Positions 53,035 through 64,000 of a stretch of 64,000 nucleotides of DNA are shown in pieces. The stretch is from Octopus vulgaris (Eukaryota), in NCBI GenBank assembly GCA_951406725.2, contig OX597824.1:46996001-47060000 (forward strand), read 5' to 3'. The notes beneath the pieces were generated by a model, which was not told the origin of the DNA, made no database searches, and saw only the letters and a list, made by a program, of their open reading frames with translations. The first letter of the stretch is position 1, and each line of letters opens with the position of its first letter. The position numbers and the translations under genes were made by a program.

Positions 53035-56000
53035 AAAGTTTTAAATTTTATGATGATAAATTTATGATACAATTTAAAAATTACAAATTACAATTTACAA
53101 ATTACTAATTACCAATTACATGAAAACATGTTGCGATTTGCAATGACTTCCCTGAAGGAAAGGCATCCGACCACCAGGGTAGAACCCTTGCTTTATCTTT
53201 TCTTTTTTTTTTTTCTTTTTTTTTTTTCTTTTTTGATGCCAATCGCTCCCAGCTTCCTTGCCACAGGATTCCATCTTTTCATAAATCTATCTTGTGACGA
53301 GTACCTCTTCTCCAGCCTGATCTTACTACTGAGGTGGTAACTGAAAAAAGTTAACCAACCTCTGGCCGGATACCCGTCACTATGCCTCTTACATGCGTTC
53401 CATGCTGTTTCTTTCAGTATAGCTACTACGCAGAAAAAGGAAGCCTTCCTTTCCCTGTTAAGGGAAGGAGGCGGCAGAATCTCGATGATAGGCTCAGTTG
53501 ATAACTGTACTTTTCCCATCGATGACAACAGTTCTGTGAAAACTATCAGTCCCGTTAATTCCGGACATTCCACAAATGCGTGCGTCCTTCCGTGCCTTGA
53601 CAGTTTATCACGAACAAATAGCGCCGCACGGAAGCTCTGCCAAATCAGGGATTTCTGGTAATTGCCAGATACCTCGGCTCGAAAGCTCTCCTGAACAGGT
53701 TGATCAACTGATTTTCATCGTATCCCAGGATCTCCTCCAAGGCGTCTTCGGACATAAATTCCACTAATCCGCTATAAGAATCCGCGGTGGAACTCCTATT
53801 GCCGGCCTTGCCCACCCGAGAGAGTAGCTGAAGTGCCTAACGGAACTCCAATTGCCAGTCCCCCAATCTAGGTCTCTGCTTGATCCAATTACCAATCTCC
53901 GTTAAGGACATTAACTGCGGAAGGTAGAACCGGACGTACGGTGACCACACATGCTCTCCATCCAGGTAAAGCCAGAAGTGCCTCAACCTTAACGCGAGTT
54001 TTCGCATCCTCAGCCAAGGCATCCCTAGCCCACCCTTTAGTGGTTTCTGGCAGCAGACAGAGCGCTTCACAAATGTCTTTCCTCCCTTCCACAAAAAGCA
54101 AAAAAGGATTCTCTCCAACTTGTTCAGCCACAAATCGGGGCAAGGCACCACGGTCAGACGGTAGGTGATAACCGATGCTATAAACATCTGCACCACCTCC
54201 GCCTTTCCTAGCAAAGATAACGCCCGCCCAGACCAGGTCTGCGTTAGAGCAGTAACTTTACTCCAAGCAGCTTAACAAGACCTTCTGTCCAACGCCCCAC
54301 GACGTTATTCGACGGCATCGGCTTGCCCCTCCAGGTGCCGAGTTGCAAACCAACTGACTTGTCCTCGTTAACCTTTGCTCCTGCCACCGCCTCGTAACTT
54401 TTGATAGCCTCTTCCACCACGGAAAGCTGGCCTTCATCCGCCACGATGATGGAGATGTCATCCGCATACGCCGTAGCTTCTCTTTCACACCATAGATCAT
54501 GCGGTGCGCCCCCTAATGCCTCCAACTTCCGCAGTAATGGCTCGAGAGGCAACACATACAAAAGCGGTGACAGGCGACACCCCTGACGCACTGAGCATTC
54601 GATCCTGAATGGCTTTGAAAGGAAACCATTCACTTTTACGACAGACTCGATGTCGCTGAACAACGCAGCAATCCAACCGTGGAAGGTCGGGCCCAGGCCA
54701 GCCTTCTCGCGGACCGCCGCCAAGTACCGATGGTCGACCCTATCAAATGCTTTAGACTGGTCTAAATGTATCAGTGCCCCCCTGCGCCAGAAAGCCTCCC
54801 CACCCTCTCTAAGGAGTAGCGTATAAGGTGGAGATTGTCGTGGATCGTCCTGCCTGGGATAGCGCACGTTTGCGCTTCCCCTACAAGTCTGTCCACGACC
54901 CGCGCCAACCTTTTCGCTAGCACCTTGGCCAAAATTTATAACTCTGTGTTCAGCAGAGTTATGGGCCTGAAATTCCCTATCTCCTCCCCCCTTGCTCGGG
55001 TTTTCCTGATCAACGTCACACGCACACACCCCGACTCGTAGACTTGAGAATTCTCCCATTCTGCTGCCAATTGACTGGCATACTTTTGTAAAATTCATAA
55101 GGCAGACCATCGAGACCCGGCGACTTCTCACCGGGGCACTCGCCCAGTACCTCGATCACCTCCTCGGCTGTGATTGGCCCTTCACAGCACTCAGCCTCTC
55201 GTGCTGAGAGACACGGGCCGCCAGACAGGAAGTCCCTAAGGGCTTCACCATGATCCAGCAATCCCGCCCCTCCTGAACAACTCAGCAAAGTGCTTGTGAA
55301 GCGCTTAACACATCTTGTCCCGTCCATCGACCGAACACCCATTGTCATCAACGAGAGACCTAATTGTGGTATCATTTCCACGCAGGGTTTCTACAGTACG
55401 GGCCCATCCGGCAACATTAATTCCCTCGCGGCCCAATGCGCGCTCTTTAGCCCGAATTCTGCACCCCTCATATTTGGCTTTGAGGTGACGTTCCAAGGCC
55501 GTTCTCGCTGCCAAAATGTGAGATGCGGAGCCCAATCTCAACGCCTCCTCTAGGTCCTTAACTAGTTTCCCTTCTATTCTGACTTTATTTAGTCTTAGCT
55601 GATGGCGAAACCTAATAGACTCAAAACGAATGGCTCTCATGAGGGCGAACCACCATCGGTTATTAAACACAACGCCGGTTAACGCCCTCTGTACTAATTC
55701 CTTAATCCGGCTACGGTATGCCTCGCAAGTCACAATAGACTTGTTCAATTTCCTGTAGCCGGACCCTCTCTTAACTGTACTTTCTATGTCCAGTCTACAC
55801 TCACTTAATCATTCTATGGTCAGTGTAAGCTACTTTGACAAGCTGCGAACAGCTAAAGCTAGACTTATCTCTAGTTCTTATCACTATCCTATCTAAGGAA
55901 GACTTGAACCTTCCGTCGCCGCTAATCCAGGTCCACTCCGAGACGCTCGGATGGTTAAGCCTGTAGCGATCCGCTAGCTGAAAGCGGTGAAGCAGATCTA

Positions 56001-58285
56001 CGAGACGTGAATTCACTTTCCTACCGATCGAGCCAATGCTATCGACGCGTGCATCAACGATAGCGTTATAGTCTCCTAACACCATTAATGTCTTCGACGT
56101 CATGATTATGTTCTCTAGACGCCGATAAAAATCAGTTTGAAATCCTCTAGCACAAAGTGCATAGATCCCGATCAACCTGAAGGCCATAATGCTGTATGTC
56201 ACATCAAGGACGACCAGCCCACCTTCTGGGTCTACATAGACTGTACTTGTCCGCAGAGCCAAGCCTTTTCGGTCCAGTACTACTACAACCCCTCGCCCTC
56301 CGGTCTAACTAGGAGACATAATTTTCTCATAGCCATTCAGGAGGGGCGAGAAGGTTTGTAGACTGTCCAACTTGGTCTCTGTAGCAACCATAACATGCAT
56401 ATCGTGTGATCTGAAGTCGTCGAGGAAACAAGCTTGCCTCCACTTCGAGGCCAGACCACGCACATTCAAACACCCAAGGTTAAGTGTAGCCATTAAAAGC
56501 AAGGGTTCTACTTACCCTTAACTAGTGATGTTGGGGCTGACTTCACAACACGTGAGGCATCCCTTTCCTCCTCCTCTTCCTTCTTCAAATAACCTGGAAG
56601 GTCCGGGATATTCCTGATGGTCTTTGTATAACTTTACTTCAGTTGCCTGTAAAGGGTTTCCCCTATCCAGGCACACCGCTCGCTTAAGTCCTTGTGCTGT
56701 TGAAACAGCTTGGTGATGTGGTGTCCCTCTACAATCTCCTCAATATACTTGTCTCTGGTAACATATTTTACCAAGGTTTTCGTTTCGTTATCGATTTTTC
56801 CCCCTTTTTCCTTCTGGGACAAGGGGCGTTGTCGTTTGTTTATTTGTGGTGTGATGCTTACATTTTCTTTTTATTTTGTGGATGATATCGATGGGGAAGG
56901 TGCATGTGTTCGTTTCCGAACTACCGTGATCTCCCCTCGACCACCTCCGTGGTGTCATCCGGAGGAGTTACATGTTCTGGTGCCACTTTAGAGGAGGTGG
57001 GTCTGTTTGATGTTGTCGGGACCGATGTGTCCATGGGCTGAGGTTTTTGGGTATCGTGTTTGGGGGCGGATACCACAGATGGGAGAGTGGGAACTTTTGT
57101 TTCTGTGAGGGCTAATGTGTGTGCGGGATTGGGGTCGTTTTTGTAATTGAAGGGCCTGGTGTCTGCGCAACATTTTTCTTCCATTGATCGCAGTCTACAC
57201 GAATGTGGACCTTTTTGCCACATTCGTAGCACGTGGGCTTTTTGCCCTCTACAGGTATTTTGAGGACAATATCCTCGCCCAAGAGCACCCTTTCTGGAAG
57301 CATCTCAATATCTTCCTGAATCCCCTGAATAATAGCAGAAATGCTCCTCCCGAGCCAATTTTGTGGGGCAGTACATGTGATCTGAAGGAAGTTAATTTTA
57401 TCCGTCCTGTTATACAACAGGGCGGCCATCACCTCCATTGAATCAATTTCAGGTGGTACCTCTGTCACCTTAACACGAGCAGTTCGTCTCCCCATGTAGG
57501 TTGGCAAAAGCATCACCTCCTTCGTTTTCAGGGGCCTCATTGAGTACTCTTGAGCTTTTTCCTCGGTTCCAAATCTGGCCTCTATTGTGCCATATGTCCA
57601 GCCCCTCGCTATGTACGTTACGTCTTTCCATATGGGGGCCAAGCATTTTTCAATCTTACCCTGTTCAAAGTGTTTATATTTCCATGTTGAAGGACAGTAC
57701 GTTTTGAAAATGGATGCCCTTCTTTTCAATTTTTCGACGCTGAGGGAGGGTGATATCTTTATATTCCCACCCTCCTCTTTCATTTTTTCAAAACGCTCGG
57801 AGAGCTTTTCCGTTGGTAACACAACGTTTTCAGTTGCCACCGCTGCAACTGCCGAAAATTTATTTACTGGCTCATCCAGTGGACTCTTTTCATGAATTAT
57901 TTCGACCGACATACTCGGCCGAAATTAAATTTACACACAAAAATAAATTAGAAATCCCCAGAAACGGGAAACCTATCATGTTTTTTCCTCTTAATGAGGA
58001 CAACAGTTCAAATCCCACTCCCACTGGGGGGGGGGGGGCATAACAATACAGCCTACAACAGCTTTAACAAGTTCAATTTTTCAACAAATAACAACTGCCA
58101 AAATGCAAAACACACAACCAGTTCCTGTCTCCCGTCACCGGGAAAAGCACAAAAGATTTCAAAATTCAACAATTCAATAATGTTCAACAATGTTCAACAA
58201 CGATAAACAGTTAATAATTCCAACAAAAACAATCTAAGCTCCAACAAAACGTCCGACAAACAAAAACACGTCAAACAAAGAGACC
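53035..58285 (-). mobile_element. Tx1/L1-clade LINE, full length, frameshifted
   Basis: ORF1 57112-57912 with CYECGKKVHIRVDC zinc knuckle; ORF2 with APE domain (GCLNVRGL, GDYN, SLDRI, TDH) and RT (KSPGLDGLP, DQSKAFDRV, SVRQGC, YADD). Confidence 0.9.
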
Positions 58286-58300
58286 GTAAGCAAGCTACTT

Positions 58301-60341
58301 TATTTCATTTCATTGGCCATGAAGGCCATATACAGAGGGAGTAGCTTGCGGACTGGACAAAAAATATTAATGAGATGAGGGGTGAAATGGATGAGTATAA
58401 ATGAGAGAAGGCAAAAGACGCCCACCGATATTCTGCTTCTCTAAAACATTGTTCTTTTTTTTCAAAACAAAAAACAAAACGAGGTATTAAACCTCTTACC
58501 TCGGTTCTGCAATTACTGGACTTAATAGTCCATTACAAATTGAGGCGCTGAGCCTCTTACAAACAAAAAACATTTAGGCTCTAAAGCCTCATTATCGTTC
58601 CTCCACGACCAAGCCGTATACCTCCCACAGGCAATGCTCCAGCTCCAGGTCGGGACCCCAGAAGGCGAACCTTTTTTGGTCCTTCGGAAAGGAGTGAACA
58701 CATCGACGTCCGATATAACCTCCATAGTCACCTACGGAGGCTAATCGGGGTCTTCCGTCCAGGCATGGGCTCCATCCTGCGGCCCTCTAGCTTCCTTAAG
58801 AAGCTCTGTATTGCCTCTCCCTTGTAGAAGAAGATAACAAAATCATCTCTCGTCTCTCTGGGAGGAGCCACAGTTTCCTCTGTCGGTGGCACAATTACCA
58901 CCGACAAGGTTTCAGGACATGCCGACATTGTACCATCAACCGCCGGCAATGTCCCATTGTTTATATTTTTCTTTTTCCTTTTTCTCCCCTTTGCGACTGG
59001 AGGGTATGATACCTCCGCTTTATCCGGAGGATCTTCCCCCTTCCCGCAGCTTTAGGGTCGTTCGGTGGGCAACCATTGTTGCCCACCTTCTTTCCTTTCT
59101 TTCTTTTTTCGAGGAGGTCTCCACTTCCTCGGCAGCCTCCATCTCTCCATCCAATGGGGGAGCGGGGGCCGCTACTTTTATTAACTGCTTCAGGACCCTA
59201 CCTTGGTCCTGGGGACAGTTCTTTTTAATGTGGCCTGGTTCCAGGTACAAGTGACACTTGGGGAGGGGCCCTCAAGAATCAACGGCCATTCTCAAAAAAT
59301 CTGGGAAAGCCAGATTATTGGCTGATTGGGTCCACAGAGTCAAAACTGCTTTCGACCCCACCCAATTAGCCGCAGGCAGAATCTTAATATTTAGGAGCTT
59401 CGCTCCGCTGCCACCCAAACCTCGGCGGATAGTGTCTTTTATCCATTCGGGTTCTATCCAGGGTGACAGCCCACAGACCCAAGCTCTTGTTAATTTCTTC
59501 CCACAGTATGTGGGAAGAAACAAAATCTTTTGCCCTTCTAAGGGCTGGCTTGCAAATTTGCGAGCTACCTTAGGAGTGTCAAATAGCAACAACACCGTTG
59601 CGTACTTGACACTCCTGGCAATAAACTTAATAGTTGGCAGATATTCTGCCAACTCTCTTTCAATTTCAATTTGAGGGAACACCGTGATGGTGTCGAGTGA
59701 TTTAGAATAAGTCCTCAACACCACCGTTCTCTCGTTTAAGTTTTGTAACCACTGCTTGGGGGTTACAATCTTCCACTCCAACGTTGTGTTTATCTTCTTT
59801 GCCATGCTTGCAGAAAAGAACGTCCAAAAAATAGTTCAAATAAAAAGTCTAAATAAAGTCAAAAATAAACAAAAAAGAGCAAAAAGACAGAGCAAAGAAA
59901 AAGAAAGAAGGAAGACAGTTCAGGTCACGCCAACACGCAATTCCGGCCACCCGGTAATCCTGGCCAACAGGTATTCCAAAAAATGGTACTTCAAACAGGT
60001 ACTCCAGGGTCACAGCAGCAGGAACACAAAAAAATCCTCCACTAATTGGTAGAATTTTCCAAAATTTCTCAATTTTTCGAAGGCAAGACACGCCCCAAAA
60101 CAACAATTCTCACAACTAAGTGAGTCACATAGACGACTGCAGGCAGACAAATGTCCAGGACACAGTGGGGATTTCTTATTTGAAAAAAGAAAAACAATAT
60201 CAAACCACAAAACCCCACTGAATCTCCCCAAAAGGATTACTACCTTACAGTCGCGCCTTCAGTATTTCTTCAATTCTGGACGACTACAAAAGCACGTGTT
60301 GACAGTATTCAGTGCGGAAACAACTAACCAATGCATGCGGA
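58301..60341 (-). mobile_element. Tx1-like LINE derivative with ORF1 only (no ORF2 seen)
   Basis: ORF 59272-59805 (ARSVKYATV..LFLPTYCGKK) homologous to the neighbouring ORF1; degenerate knuckle GHIKKNC; aatgaaatgaaata tail; 15-bp TSD-like flanks. Confidence 0.7.
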
Positions 60342-60375
60342 GTAAGGAAGATACTTATCACACAGTCACTCCTAA

Positions 60376-60422
<47 letters not shown>

Positions 60423-60722
60423 TGAGAAAGTTGGTTTGTGAAAGCACGTGGTTGAATATATAGAAAATAGTAAAAAGTGAAAAAACTACAGAAGGCTTGT
60501 TTTAAAAGGTTAAAAAATATATATTTGAGTCAATATGTCTGAAGAATGTTATAAATTTTTTTTCTTAGTTTAGAAGAAATTACCGGTTTCGCGTTCAGCT
60601 TTTCAAATTTCTTACATCGTTATGTTTACGTTGAGAAGAATTATCGTTATGTTTATGTTGAGAAGAGTTCCAGATAAGGGGAGGTAATAAGTGATTTCTT
60701 CAGGTGTAAGGGAGATAATCGC

Positions 60723-61890
60723 TTAAAATTTTTTGCCTTTCTTTTGGAGTGAATTTCTCTGTAAAAGTATGTTGGAATGGTTAAGTTTGGGCTTGTATTT
60801 TTCAATGAAGAATGTTTCCTTGTTTAGTCTAATTTGTGTTGGTGTTCCGATAGCACATTGGTAAAAAGAAAAGATTAAAAATTGCGGTAGTAGTTGCTTT
60901 GCGCATTTCTCAATGTGCTCACTAAAGGGTATCATTCTGTATTCTGGGAATGCAATCTGTTGTCGATGCAGTGTGCATCTACGTCTGAGTGATAGTCCCG
61001 TGGACCCCACGTAGTCTTGGTGGCAGCCCGAGCATTTTATGACATAAATTATGTTTTCAGAGGCACAAGTAAAATTAGATTTGATCTTGAATTTCTGTCC
61101 CTCTTTGAAGAGGAATGCTGATCCTTCTAGCAGGTTTGGACATGTTGCACAGTTCGGTCTACCACATTTTTTTACTTTTGCATCCGTAATTTCAGAAAAC
61201 AATTTTGCCTTTGTGAGAATCTTTTTTGTTGTTTGTAGCTTTTAATGATTTGGTGTATGTTTAGAATTTCCTTTAATTTGGGGTCCTTATGAAGTATTGG
61301 TAAATTCTGGGTGATGATGGTGAAGGCTTCTTTGTTTCTGGGGTTGTATGTGGATATGTAAGGTAGTATTTTCGGGGAAGGTGTGTTGTTGTGTTGAACT
61401 TTTCTTAAAGTTTCTATGTTGATTTCTGTTGCACGTCTGATCCCATCCTCTTTGAGTTGAGCTGGGTAATGTCTGTCAATTAGGGTGTTTTTGAGTTTTT
61501 GCAGTCTAAAGTTCCTGGTATTTTGTTCTGACACTATTGTGCATATCCTTCTTGCAAGGTTGAAGAGGATGGTTGTTTTAGTATGTCTTGGGTGGCATGA
61601 ATTAAAAAGAAGGTATTGCTTGGCGTCTGTGGCTTTGTAAAAAATGTCTGTTTCTATTTTAAGGTTAATTTTTTTAATTAGTATATCCAAGAATGGGAGC
61701 TCCTTTTGGTTGTATTCCATTGTGAACTGTATATTTGGGTTTATGCTGTTCAATAGGTTTTTAAATTTTAGGAGTTTATCTGTGTTTTCATTCCAGAGTA
61801 TAAAACAATCGTCCAGGAATCGTTTCCAATTCTCTTTTATGTATTGAGAGAGGGGGTTTCCAAAGATTGATAAAGATTCCTGGTAAATGA
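60723..61890 (-). mobile_element. Penelope-like element (RT C-terminal half plus GIY-YIG), 5' truncated
   Basis: WKRFLDDCF, LPFLDI, FYKATD..SCHP; CGRPNCATC..IIYVIKC..YVGSTG. Confidence 0.9.
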
Positions 61891-61920
61891 TTATTTCCAT
61901 GTAGACACACACACACACAC

Positions 61921-61968
<48 letters not shown>

Positions 61969-62019
61969 CTTCCTGGATCCCCTGAATAATAGTGGCTTAC
62001 AAAGTGGAGCTTGTAAGAT

Positions 62020-63050
62020 ACCATGTTAAAGAGGGAGGGGTCTAACATAAAGTTGAACCACCACCACCCCAGAAGAAAATACAAAGAAAATGGAAAGAAG
62101 GGAGTACGTTCTCCAAAAGCAAGAAAAGAATAGAGATTGCAACACAGGAAGAAGTAGACGAATGCCTCGAAGAATTTAAGGATATTATTAACTTTTATAC
62201 CAGAGGAAGAAGGTACAGCACAGTGGCGGTCACTTTCGTCTCCGAAGAAGAGGCAAGAAGGTACTCCACTGAGACGTTACACTCGGAAGAATGGATACTA
62301 CTGCCTACCTATCCAGGCAAATGCGTTACCAGGGTCAGGATAGGCAGGATTCCACCTGAAATTGAGCCCGAGTAGCTGGCAGCAGCAGTCCTCGCCGTAG
62401 GAGATGGAGGAGATGAGAACGGGCAAATCATCCAGGTAACCCGGACCCAACAAATAAACTACTGAGTTTACGGCCTGGAGATGTTCATGGTCAACCAAGT
62501 GGAATATGGTGGAATACCAGACACACTAGTGCTGTCCAATTGGGTTAAGTTAGAAGAAACGCTGGAAGGAAGGCTACCGACCTGCTATTCATGTGGAGAG
62601 AAGGGACACATCAAAAAAAGGTGTCCCAAACAAGTAAAAGAGGTTGCAGAGAGAGAGGTACAGGAATTGGAAACGGAGCAAACGACCCAAGATACGGAGC
62701 AGGAACCAGAATTCACAGAAGTAAAAACAAGAAAAAGAGAAATGAGAGACACACCGCCGAAGGAGGATTTTACAACAAAAGAAACACAAGACACAGGAAG
62801 TAGTATCATGCCCAAGACAAGAAACAACAACGACAAGCAGAAACAACATGCCCACAGTATCACCAAAAAAGAAAAACAACACAAACAGAGCGAAATCACC
62901 AAGCAAACACACAGATGTACAGGCACACAATCACGCAGAAAAAACTATTGAGAATTTTTAGAGAAAAAAAAGAACAGAAAGAGAACTGACAATGAACGTT
63001 TTAAAAGAATGTTTGTAGAAACATTTGAATATCATGTAACCATCCCGGAG
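62020..63050 (+). mobile_element. Tx1-like LINE ORF1 fragment
   Basis: RGRRYSTV..WILLPTYPGK and the CYSCGEKGHIKKRC knuckle. Confidence 0.75.
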
Positions 63051-63059
63051 TAAGGACGG

Positions 63060-63850
63060 AGTGGCCGTCACATCCTCATTTGTATAAACCCTGGATGACC
63101 ATTTCCAACTCATTTTTATTTATGTTCTTGCCACTTTTAATATCTTTGCGTCTTCGTGGGTTCTGTGCATCACGGTTGCCACCAGCCACGCTTCTTCAAT
63201 TTAAGGTGGTACCTTGCCTATCCTAATTCTTGCAACTCTTTTGCCGCAGTAGGTCGGCAGGAGTACCCATTCTTGCGACTTCCGCGTCACAGTGGAGTCA
63301 TTTATTGCCTCTTGTTCGGTGGCAAACCTCAACTCCACTGTGCCGTATCTTCTACCTCTTTACTTCTTCCAGACATTTCTCTATCGCTTCTTCTGTAGCT
63401 ATCCTCAATCTTTTTACTGGCTGTGGACAGAACACTGTAAACTACTGTCCTTTTTGTTTTGTTGGTTACTTCTTCTGGAGGGGTCAGGCTTAAACTTAAT
63501 CCCTACTTCTGGATCATCTCGTTCTACTTTTCAACTTCTGAGGTTCAATTTTGACCTCCCGCACCTCCAGCGAATCCATCGCGTTGGTACATTTTCCAGC
63601 CGTCGAAGTATAGCTCCCGGCATGGGCTTGAACTGGTTCGCAATTCATTTCTTTTTTCGAGTCTCTTCACCCAAAAATGGAGGCAAAAAACAAACACAAA
63701 AAACACAGGCCCGCAGGCAAAAACAGCAACAGTATTCAACAAAACTCAACAACATCAATCATAGGCACACCCACAAGGGAGAACCTTCAACAAAAGATAA
63801 CACGACTTATCTGCGACAGGAATCACAAATGATTTAGACTGACACACGTT
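63060..63850 (-). mobile_element. Tx1-like LINE 5' UTR/ORF1 fragment
   Basis: Minus strand RGRRYGTVELRFATEQEA..WVLLPTYCGKRVARIRIGKVP, homologous to ORF1 at 57112-57912. Confidence 0.7.
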
Positions 63851-64000
63851 GATTTTTTATTTCCCACAAGGGATACACACAGAAGGGGACAGTAGAAGAC
63901 ATGTGGGGACACGAAACAAAGAAAAAAGACAAAAAGAAAACACGTATGTAAACAAGATGAAATGAAAAATGAAAATGAAAGACGTAATGAAGCTTCTCGG

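Overview
This is AT-rich, microsatellite-saturated animal genomic DNA, not prokaryotic. The SINE families and repeat landscape suggest an octopus or other cephalopod (inference). The dominant feature is a + strand array of 24 intact internal exons (1798-51921) plus one destroyed pseudo-exon. Every exon is bounded by AG/GT, is phase 1-1 symmetric (144-171 nt, all multiples of 3), and encodes one variant of a 6-Cys domain, C-x18-C-N-x-C-x-C-x3-G-x3-C-[ST]-x3-C. This resembles pacifastin (I19) inhibitor domains and the N-terminal half of a VWC module; domains are joined by Thr/Ser/Pro/Lys linkers. Spliced together the exons give about 1276 aa, and no signal-peptide or terminal exon was found in the window. 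The array grew by tandem duplication (322-bp units at 1.7-2.7 kb, ~1.27-kb units at 36.5-46 kb), and in the one pair compared by hand the exons were far more divergent than the introns. Introns and the last 12 kb hold decayed transposons: Penelope-like, mariner, hAT, Helitron, Tx1/L1-like LINEs, tRNA-derived SINEs and MITEs. Two LINEs sit at the same site of a SINE head, and several fold-back hairpins abut (TA)n tracts. All coordinates and counts were read by eye.
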